Assembly: GCA_000934665.2 (NCBI GenBank)
Contig: KZ538141.1
Location: 1-64,000, forward strand
DNA: 64,000 bases
DNA from: Catajapyx aquilonaris
Lineage: Eukaryota
Direction: 5' to 3'
Shown here piece by piece: positions 41,114-50,900 of the stretch; within the stretch, counting starts at the first letter, position 1, and each line of letters starts with the position of its first letter. The position numbers were made by a program, and so were the translations under genes. The notes under the pieces were generated by a model. That model was not told the DNA's origin and ran no database searches. It saw nothing but the letters and a program-made list of their open reading frames with translations.

Positions 41114-41236
41114 ATGGATGAAGCAGCCTCATCTTCGTCCATCGAGACCACGATAGACACAAAGCCTGTGTCTCAGCTGAGCTACAAGGAGATGCAGATC
41201 GTGGCCATATCTATGCACCTGCCAGGAAATCTCAAG
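41114..41236 (+). CDS. Sina/Siah-domain gene, exon 1 (SAP-like motif, first half); alternative in-frame ATG at 41042
   Basis: gggATGG start context; MDEAASSSSIETTIDTKPVSQLSYKEMQIVAISMHLPGNLK|gtcgga, phase 0. LSYKEMQxxAxxxxLPGNLK resembles SAP/NuSAP-type N-terminal motifs and continues into exon 2. Confidence 0.7.
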
Positions 41237-42581
41237 GTCGGATCTATTTCTTTGCCTTATTTTTTTTATTTTTTTGAACCGGGCCATTTGTTTCGAGAGC
41301 CCTGTTTTGGTGATTAGCAGCAGGCGATGGCGGGTAGGGGGTGTTTGGATAGGATTATTGTAATGAGGAAAAGGGTTTCCACGTCGAGGATTTTAGGCTG
41401 ATCACCGGGTCTCAATCATCAGCCGATTTGCCTCGTTAGCACCAAGAACCTTGCTCGTTTATCATCCCATCCCGCGCAGACGCATTCACACTATTGCTAA
41501 ATAACCAAAAATACACGGCATTATTCAAATTCTCACAAATAATATCGATCGAATGTCAAATTGAGATGTCACCACAACCAGCCGGTATTGCGCAATTTAT
41601 CTCTGGCAAGAAATATCCTGAAAATATCTGGCTGGCTGCATGATGATCCCCATAAGTGGATTGCAATCAAATTATAATTTTATGCTGCATGCCTGAATTT
41701 GGTGGCCGCCGTTCTATTTTTGGTTCCCGCCAACGTGTAAACATTGGCGGTGCATGACGCATCTTGTGACATATTTTACATCAAGGGACAATAAAGGGGA
41801 TCTTTTCATACTGAGGGAGCAGGGTATCAATGGGGAATTGTTCGTCTAATCAGATATTTGACGGTATGATTTCTGTTGTGGTCCTGTTGCGCCTGCTCTT
41901 TTCCATGTGCAGGTTAAACTGATTTATTATTATTATTATAATAATTAGCACACAAATTATTACACATTTCATTATCAGTGCAATAAAACGAACATGTGGT
42001 CTGTGCTACTGATTAAGTGGTATTTTCCGCTCGTTAGAATTTACGTGGGCAGTCATAATCAGACTGATTTTATAGCTGCAGTACGCACATTTCTTCGACG
42101 GTGCAATAAAGAGTTTTATACGACGAATGCATCGCTACAGACGGGACATAAAGATATCTTGAGCTGCGGTGTCACATGAAATTATGATCATATTTATCTC
42201 GCTTTCGCCATGAACTATCGACGATTAATATTATTGATGTTATGTTATTCGATTTGAAGACAGCTCAATTTCGATAATGTGAGGATAATAATGAGAGTCT
42301 GGCCATTTGACATGTTGCAATTTTTAAGGTGGCCATATTTTATCATAATAGCAAACATTGTGCCCTTCAAGTGTCACCCGTTGGGTACTTAGCCCGTACT
42401 GATAGAGCACACGAGACAAAACAGCTCATGTTTCGCCCTGGATGGTCAGGTTTCATTCGTGGCATAAAACTGCTTGACCGTTGACCCTCCTCTCTATGGT
42501 CCGGTACTTGTCAAGTGCGCATGTGTCCTTATGCTTTGTGCTTAATTGTGACAGCATGTGTTTCTATTTATGGTGTTGCAG

Positions 42582-42737
42582 CAACAGGCTCTGGCGGACC
42601 TGATCGAGGCCCGTCGTCGCGGGGACGAGAGTCAGGTGGCAACGGTGCTCAAGTATTACAGGGAAGAGAGGGCCAAGAGGAAGGAGGAGGTCGACGCCAC
42701 CATGGGGAAGTCAGGGAGGAAAAAGAGTGGGCCAAAG
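42582..42737 (+). CDS. Sina/Siah-domain gene, exon 2 (end of SAP-like helix, basic NLS-like stretch)
   Basis: gttgcag|CAA CAG GCT...CCA AAG|gtgagt = QQALADLIEARRRGDESQVATVLKYYREERAKRKEEVDATMGKSGRKKSGPK; 156 nt, phase 0-0. Confidence 0.88.
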
Positions 42738-42798
42738 GTGAGTACTGCTGCTGGAGTTGTGTCATAACCGGGTGGTATCTCTCTGGAATGTTTTCCAG

Positions 42799-43701
42799 AG
42801 GGCCACTAGTGGCAGCAGCGTGTCAGCACCTCGTCGGAAGCACCGACGGCAGGTAGAGTACGACATGACCCCGGACATTGCGCAGAACCTGAGCTTCCTC
42901 CAACAGACGGCCCAGCAGCATCAGGTCGACGCTACACCTGAGCTGCAGGTGCCACCTCCGCCGATGCCTCTTCAGGAGCCGCAGCAAACGTTCGAGCAGC
43001 TTCAGCAGCAACTTAGGTACCAGTACGACCAGATGAACCACGGGTACCAGTTTGATGCCATGTACCCGTACATGCCTCCGTCGCCTGCCCCAACCCAGCA
43101 GACATACCAAGACCCGTCGCCGCCCACTTCGGGTCCGGTCCAGTACGAGTACCAACAGGGTCAGCCGTTTTACCCGATGCCCGAACCAGCCTACATCACC
43201 CCTGATCTCAACTCCATCCAGCAGCAGTGCTCTCCAGCCCCTGTGGACTCCGGGTTCGGGTCGCCATCCGTGACCGACCCGGAAGAGGAGATGATGAGAC
43301 GCCTGTCGCTGGAGGTACGACCACCACCACCAGCCTCCTCCCTGCAGTACCTGTACACCCTGATGCCGATACAGAGCGCCTTCCCTATCCCGGCACTGAC
43401 CACATCGACGTACTCGCTGCACGGGAGCATCACCAGCGTGATTCCGATGCAGCCGTGCAACCACCAGCAGCAGCCAGCAGCACACAGCAGCCATCTTCCA
43501 GCAGCACACAGCCTTCTGCCAGCCGCACTCCCTCCTCCGCCTCAGATCCTGCAGCCAGAGTACATCCCCAGCTTCCAGTGGTCCGGCAACTTCAGTGAGA
43601 ACCGCCAGCAGCAGGAAGGATACATCCCGGATGACATACAGGGGATGGACCAGCTGCCGGTCGACGACGCCACGCTGGCTGCATGGTACGAGGAGAACAA
43701 G
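42799..43701 (+). CDS. Sina/Siah-domain gene, exon 3 (301-codon Pro/Gln/Tyr-rich low-complexity region)
   Basis: ttttccag|AGG GCC...AAC AAG|gtgcgt after a 61-nt intron. Part of the longest ORF in the window (42757-43737), with strong G/C bias at third codon positions. Confidence 0.9.
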
Positions 43702-43763
43702 GTGCGTGTTTCTGTGCGGGATTTAGCGAGTGTCTGATGTGCATTGTTTGGTTATTGCTCCAG

Positions 43764-43934
43764 GACCTGCTGCAGACACCTGAGGATCCGTCTGATGAGC
43801 GCAGTGGCACCACGGAGGAGGCTCCTCAGGTGGTCGAATCGGTGGCGCCACCGCCCCCCACGTGCCCGTGCCCAATGTCGATATGCGGCTGGATGGGCTA
43901 CTCCAACTCGGAGCTGCTGGGCCATCTGTCCGAG
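43764..43934 (+). CDS. Sina/Siah-domain gene, exon 4 (Siah-type zinc finger)
   Basis: ttgctccag|GAC CTG...TCC GAG|gtgagc after a 62-nt intron. CPCPMSICGWMGYSNSELLGHLSE(AH) parallels the SIAH finger [25 protein letters not shown]. Confidence 0.9.
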
Positions 43935-44055
43935 GTGAGCTGAACCCACTTGTTAGTTCCGACGCTGCCGACGCCTCCGACGCCACTGTTATATCGATCG
44001 GACGGCGCCAGGTTTAACTGGACCCGGCAATTTCGCATGATTTTGGTTGTTGCAG

Positions 44056-44217
44056 GCCCATGTGGACCAACTGGGCAACAGGAACCGACGCTGCAAGATC
44101 ATAGACCTGCACTACCTCAGGGCCCACCAGCAGCTGGAGTACCTGCACTATTCCGCAGACAACATCTTCCTGCTGGTGCTGCGTTGTCACGGAAATCTCT
44201 TTTACACCACCTTGCAG
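44056..44217 (+). CDS. Sina/Siah-domain gene, exon 5 (substrate-binding TRAF-like domain, first part)
   Basis: ttgttgcag|GCC CAT...TTG CAG|gtacag = AHVDQLGNRNRRCKIIDLHYLRAHQQLEYLHYSADNIFLLVLRCHGNLFYTTLQ. FLLVL and FYTTLQ correspond to Siah FMLVL and FFAIVQ. Confidence 0.88.
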
Positions 44218-44826
44218 GTACAGGAGCGGATTCGTTCTGAGAGTGACTGTCAAAAGCGAATCACCTTTAGCCGTTACGTTCCAGCAGTTGAGGTCTTATC
44301 AAAATAATCGCCGCTCATAATTATTATGTTAATCTCGGAGAGCCCATTTGCAAAGCCTGAAGTATACTTAAGAATTATGCAGCCACTCAGCGTTAGCTAA
44401 TGCTTTTGATAGCCTCTAAAAGTAACGGTTCAGTGCTTCATGAAAAGAAACTTGATGCCAAAAAGCTGCTGTTAACTGCACTGGGCAATGGGGAATTATC
44501 AATTTTGCCATCCATGAAAGGCGACAGGTTTTTTGACAAAAGGTGACAATGAGCATTCTTTAACAAATCAAAAAGTGGCACCATTCTGGTGCATTACAGT
44601 GAGATTTTTTTTTTGCCATGACATTTGGACCTCCCAACCTCATTTCGAAGTCGGTCTGAAAATGAGCAATAACAGACCACGGTTGGCAAATTACCCACCA
44701 ATGCAGCTCTGATTAGTGTGGATGATGGCTTCATAAAACATGGAGGAATGATTTGCCAAATGATAACGAGGCGCGGTTCAACAGTGATAACACGGTCAAT
44801 GTCTCTTTTATTTTCCATGATGACAG

Positions 44827-45054
44827 TACGTGACGAACAAGGATGAAGGCGGCAATAGGATCCAGTACGAGGGTCAGCTGACCATGCACGGCATGAACAA
44901 CCGGCTGAGCTCGTGGCGTGGACCTTTGGAGTACTACTCGATGCCCCTTCCGGTCATCTGGGAGGCCAAGAACTGCCTGGTGGTGGACGCAGCCGCCATC
45001 GGCGCCTGCGTCGGAGCCAGCTTCCGGCTCGACGTCGACGTCTCTCCCATGTAG
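44827..45054 (+). CDS. Sina/Siah-domain gene, terminal coding exon
   Basis: gatgacag|TAC GTG...ATG TAG = YVTNKDEGGNRIQYEGQLTMHGMNNRLSSWRGPLEYYSMPLPVIWEAKNCLVVDAAAIGACVGASFRLDVDVSPM*. Aligns by eye with the Siah C-terminus (RRLTWEATP...DCLVFD...LGINVTIS). Confidence 0.9.
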   Translation, partial: YVTNKDEGGNRIQYEGQLTMHGMNNRLSSWRGPLEYYSMPLPVIWEAKNCLVVDAAAIGACVGASFRLDVDVSPM

Positions 45055-45347
45055 TTAAGCTAAGTGCCTTTGAAATGTATTTATTCGGTGCCAAAAGTTG
45101 TGTTCAGCAATAGATCGCTTGTGTTCCAATCATTTTTATACGGCCGATATTGTTTTTTTGTTTGCTCAAAGATAAGGATCTTTTCCAAAAAAAAAGGGCC
45201 ACTTTCAGACGGTTGTGTACCTCTTTTTTCCGTTTCCATGTTATTATTGGCGTGTTAAGGAATCAAAACGCCACTCAGTAATTATTCAGATTGTTCAGAA
45301 ATGTGTTCAGTATTATCACGTTGTACCACAATGTGCCTTTGAGGATT

Positions 45348-45353
45348 AATAAA
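45348..45353 (+). terminator. Probable polyadenylation signal of the Sina-like gene
   Basis: AATAAA ~295 nt after the stop codon. Confidence 0.45.
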
Positions 45354-46916
45354 GAGCTATTAATCAAACATATTCTACTTCCTCTCATAGGGTCTATCGA
45401 TAGGTTGACCCCTTCTTCAGGGACTGGCCTTACTATATATGGCGCATTATGGATTAAAGCCTGCATAAAATTTACGTAGCATAAATATGCGTGCCTAGAG
45501 AACTCAAGTAGCGTTTTATCTTGGCCTGAAGTCACGTGCAGTCTATAGTCTACTATAGTTGGGATGGTCTTAAACGCACTGTTGTGCTCAGTTCCGCAGC
45601 ACTAATCTGGCTTAGGAAGTTTTGGCGATTAGTCCCGTCCGTTATTTTGATAATCACACGTTTGTTGAGCCAGCCCAGATTAATTACCTGCAATTTGCTG
45701 CTGTTGTTTTTTCCTCTCATAAGATGTTGCGTGCAGGTGTTGCACACACTCAACCTATTTTCACTCAAGTGGCTCGCATAAATTTGCAAAAATCTCTGTG
45801 GTTTATTTTTCATGCAAATGGTCATCCCAAGTCGGATGCTTATGCGGACATTAGCCTATGCCATTACCGGCTGGTCATTTTTTTTGTGGCAAATATATTC
45901 AGCTGGCATCCCCAGGCCATTTCTGAAGTTAGTTGTCCGAAAAGGAAGGCTTATGAAAAGCAGAGGGGACAGTATAAAGCGGACTAGTGTGTGTGTGATG
46001 CGCATAATGAGAGTTGGGGTTGCAATGGGGTTGAGTTGCGCGCGTGTTTGCGGCTTTTTGGCCAAGCATTTTGTTTAATTGCGCGTTGATTGAAACCTCT
46101 GGTACATCGCCGGCGCGGAATCCAATTGAATCATCGTTTGTTTTAACACGCTGTAATGACATCAATAGGCCAAAAATAATTTTAAAAAGATTGGTCATAT
46201 GGCTGGGTACACTGCTGCATTGCCGAACTTTTTAATGATGTTGCGAACTTTTTTGCACGTTTGGATTATTATGCGCGCTGGCTTCCCCGACACGTGTTAC
46301 GCGATGGGCTACTGTAGTTGAACCCTTTTTGTGACGTTTTTTTGGGTCCTCTGATGCAATCACATTTTGACGCGTGTTTCACGGTTAGGAGATACCGCAT
46401 TACTGCAGTTGTACTATTTCGATGATGTTACGAACTTTGACACTCGTTTCGGGGAATAGCGGTCCTGTAATAGAGTGGAGCCTTTTTAATAAAATCCCTG
46501 TATCTTGTGTAAGTGAAGACATGTTGTGTTAAGTGACAGCAGGTGTTGTTGGGCAATTTGCACGTAGGTGGGTTTGATGGCGGGGAAAAAGAGGCGTGCT
46601 TATCCGGGGCTTATTATCGAGCTGCCTTTGGTTCCGGAGTTAATCCCGGGGCACTGCAGCACCATGATGTTTGATGGTCCGTGAACCCGATAAAACCGAA
46701 ACTGTTTCCGACTGCTCATTACGTGTATTGCGTATATATACACCGAAAGGAAACACTCCTGCGACATGCCCTTTAAATGATGCAGTCATCCGCAGGGCAT
46801 CAAACATGCACCAACTTTGATCGGTGAAGTTGACTGAAACCGAGCATAACTTATGCTCCTCAGACTCCGGAGTGCACCTGTCTGGGACAGACTGATTAAG
46901 TTGAAGTGTACGGTAC

Positions 46917-47055
46917 CTTTCTTGGGATGAAACTGTCTCTTGACGTAGTTGATAAGGCGGGTGGTGAAGGAGGCGTTGCTTGAGTGTGACCTCCTGTTGG
47001 ACGGACGGCTTCGAGGTCGGGATGCTTCAGAGACGTTGGTCACCACGCCGTACAT
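46917..47055 (-). CDS. KChIP: Candidate KChIP distal alternative first coding exon (46 codons + 1 nt; exon begins at acceptor 47094)
   Basis: Acceptor aattttgcag| at 47095-47096; in-frame TGA TGA before the ATG; MYGVVTNVSEASRPRSRPSNRRSHSSNASFTTRLINYVKRQFHPKK; donor AAA G|gtaccg in phase 1, in frame with the 6065 exon. Codon usage looks coding. Confidence 0.6.
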
Positions 47056-47866
47056 TGCCAGAGGTCATCAGGGATGCGGAGGCATAGCACGGACCTGCAA
47101 AATTTCGCGGTTTCACATTAGCCGGCTCGCACTCTACCGCGGTTTTCTGCAAAAGTTTTATCGGTCCTGAAACCGTGGCAGTACTCATATGTTCCGGCTA
47201 TAGGCAGACGGGAAGACGCGCCAAAAAAAAATTCTCATCTCGGATAGTCTACCAGCAGTGTAATGAACATCCGACAGCTCAGATTGGCGCATTGTCATCC
47301 AATTGGCAGTGTGCGGGCAAGCTCTGCATGTAACTGGCTTGAAAATGCGAGTGTGTATCTATATACACACATTCCGCAGTTGAACATCCAGGCGTTGGAC
47401 CGCGTACAGAGCAGACATGCACTCTGCATTATTTGACAATTGTCCAGATCGATATACGCTCTACACACACGGTTTGACATATCCGAGCGAGAGAGCAAAG
47501 CGTGGACCAGCCCCGATTGTGCGATTACTTGGCCGAATGACGACAGCTTATAGGACCGCCTTTCAATTTGTCCGGGACTCCTATTAACTCCGATTTAGTG
47601 AGAAATGATGGCCCAGGATGGGAGGGCCATTTGTCAAACAATATATATAAAAGAGGAGAGAGCGATAGGGGGATATGCTGTTGGGCTTGAGTGCCTGCGA
47701 CGATTTATCTCCAGCTGAGGTGAGAGCTTTAGTAGTTGTACACTACCCTAAATCCTCAGGGATAATAGTCCAAACCCGGAATTCCCACGTACTTGCCTGG
47801 CGAAAAAGGAATGCGGGGGCCATGTTGCTCCAACTTTGACACATTCTTGCGCAACCCGTCACTCAC

Positions 47867-47913
47867 CTGCTGGGGTCCAATAGAAGAACAACACTGTTCA
47901 AGTGCAGCAGCAT
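47867..47913 (-). other. Candidate 47-nt 5'UTR exon of the distal KChIP transcript
   Basis: attatag|ATGCTG...CAGCAG|gtgagt with a consensus donor, ~770 nt upstream of the 47094 acceptor. Confidence 0.35.
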
Positions 47914-50900
47914 CTATAATATTGCGATAAAGCAGTTAATTGCGGTTAATCTGGCTTTTGAACTAAGGTGTTTCTGTGGGATCTCTATTGATTTGCCATA
48001 TAATCACCAGGCTGGAAATTATCCAATCCAACCCGTCCAAAATCCCGGAAATGATATTTTCGGGGGTTTTACGGGGCTGCATTTTGCCCCCTCCTTTTGT
48101 TTTTTTAGTTGGCTACTCCCCCACCCATTCATAAATATTCCTTTGTTGCCATAATCACGCGCGCGTAAATTCAGATTGAGCGGCGTCTGAAAGGGCCCGG
48201 CCCGTAAAGTGTCTCCCCATCAGAATCCGGGCTCGATTCCGGCCAGATTTACCGAGGGGCCCCGTAAAAAGCAAATCAACCGGGACCCCGCCAGATGATG
48301 ATGCCAATAACATAGACTCTTGTCCCAAAGTGTCGCTTTGTCGCTACTTTGGAGACACTTTTCTCTCTCTCTCTCTCTGAACCGGTGAAAGCGATGCGGA
48401 TTTTGTACTGCTGTATCAACCGATGCTTACTAATTAATGGCCGTAAACTGGTACATCCTACTGCGACGATTAGTGCACTAATGGCCCTCCACTTATCTTG
48501 GGACCGGAGATTAATTACGGCGATTGCACCGCCGGCCAAAAAAAATAAAATCTTTTCAAAAAAAGATAGAGATTTTAGAAATTGAGCCATAATTCATGGG
48601 GCATTCAAATTTTTTTGGCGGCAAAAGTTCCTTCTTTTTTTTTTTTCAAAAAAAGAAGAAGCGCGGAGGATTTCCTTCTGGCATAAATCCAAACGAGCAA
48701 GTTCATTTCCCATCCGCAGCAAAGAGGAAATTACCAGGGCAGTTTTTGAAAACGGTTCCATCTTAGAGGTTTGACTTGGCCGATCCAGAAAGGAAATTTC
48801 GTTTCTGCGGCCCTATCCGAACCCCAAGAGATACAATAATAAGCGCCCACCTTATTTTTTTTGGACCATTGTTGTTTTCTATAGGACGCCTTTCTCTGCA
48901 AAAAAGGAGGTTTATTTTCAATATGCGCCGAGACTATTTGCGCGGCACTTATGTTATTTGTAGTGTGCAGGTCCGGGAGCTGTTTCTATAACTAGTGTCT
49001 GCGTATGTGCGTTGCATTATTAAGCGATTACAATCAAATATACATCAGGGTGGAAGTGAGGATTACGACTATAGCACAGAATAGTTTATTTAGGAAAGGT
49101 CGTAGCACGCTTTGGAGAGCGCAGGAAGCGGCTCGAGAGCAACAATTTGTTTTTGTTTTTCCTGAGATAACATTACGTTTGCAATAGAATAAGGTGAAGC
49201 CTGCAGACATTACTATAGAAAAATAGTGCCAAAGACACAGTTGGTCGGTGATGATCATTTGAGGGAGAAGATTAATATAAATGTCAACCGAATAATGGAG
49301 AGTGATTGGGCAGAGCGATGAACAGTTATTAAATGTAATTGCTATGTTGTAAATTGAGTCAGTCTGTCGTCTGAAGTTGACAGTGATGATTAACTACTTC
49401 AGACTGTTCTTTCTTTATTTTAGTTAGCGAGGAGAATCACTAGTGCAAAATATTATGACTGAAACTTGACAGAAAGTAATATAAGGCGCGCCTGTATCAA
49501 TCATGATCACTGTATTAACAGTGTGTGCAACTCGTTTAATGGCATTAATATAGGATCGCAAATGCATGTGCGTCATTATTATAATATTAATTTGGCAAGG
49601 TGTAAATATATGTTGTCCATATTAATCAGTGTGTGCAACTTGCTCTGGTGGTATAAAGTGCGAAAGTGTGTCAACCCACATATAAATAGCTTTGTAATAT
49701 TTAACGAACCGTGGCATATTATAATTCGCAGGATGTTAAAGTCGCGCACCGCTTTGCATATTTTACATTGCAGATCCGGCGTATTCTTGTGTTACTGAAA
49801 TTTTTTTGTATAAATATTTCTCGTCTTGAATCACTGTAATTGTCTCATTTGCATAGTATCCTGCTCTTGAGTGGTCCTACACGGGAGACGTTAATGTGTT
49901 TTTACAATGCCAACACTTCCGTTTCCCCTCCTATATCGAGAGGCTCTTGCACTATTATTATCGGATGAACCTCGTTCAAATCATTTAGAACTAAGCGGTC
50001 GATAGTTCAGTTTTGAGAATATTGTTTCCTTCATTCCGCCTTGTTTTCCATTTCCCTGCTTTTCCTCTCTGGAGAGATAGCTCCGGTGGCTGCGTGATAC
50101 TCATATTTATGGAGCGATAAATTATTCTGAGCCTTTCTATTAACGGAAAAGCCATTTGGTCCCTTCACGTGAAAGGATTTCTGTTGGGTGTATGGCAGGG
50201 AAGAACCCCGTAGGAATTTACCCAAATTCGTGGCCGTACGGAGAGGCTTGTACCATTTTATCTTCATGGCCCGTGTGTTTTTGCCCAGCAACAGTGTACG
50301 TATATTATGCTTCTTACCGCAATCAGAGACGATGGGAATCCGATCCACGAAAGGTGTCCAGCAGGGCTGGACACAGAAGGAACACGAACATGTGCGTGAA
50401 GGAACCAGATTAAGTCTAGGCTCCGGGAAGCCATAACGGGCCTCCGGTTGAACCTTTGACCGGAAGCCCCGTATCTCCTTGAACACAACAAAATGCAAGG
50501 TTCCACCCAAGTGTTCAAAAGTGAATTAAAGACTCCTCACACCCTCGGGCCTATACAACTCCGGAACTGGATTCCTCCACGCAACTCCGGAGAAAAAAGT
50601 TCTGCAGGATTCCGCAAGATGCCTACGTCATTACCGTCGTTGTTATTCCGTACCTCTTGTGTGTGTACATGCTGCCTGCAAATTCTCTCACTTAAAAAGA
50701 AATCACCGTCGTACAGTGTTGGCGGTTTTTCGCACTGGTATACGATTGTGCGGTGAAATCTGCCTAACGAGGCAGCAACAGTGGGCCAATGGGCACAGTC
50801 CCAGGGAGGATTTCCGCACTCTCTAGAAAATAAAGAGCAACACCAGCACCGCACTGTACCGACCTTATTTTATTCTCTGGCTGTTTTTATTTTTCCCCTG

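Noticed and set aside
42823..43509. 228-aa minus-strand ORF
   Set aside because: Antisense shadow of the GC3-biased exon 3 of the Sina-like gene.
43300..43860. Siah-binding PxAxVxP degron within the Sina-like protein itself
   Set aside because: Only bare VxP cores (VRP, VIP, VAP) in Pro-rich sequence; the full consensus is absent.
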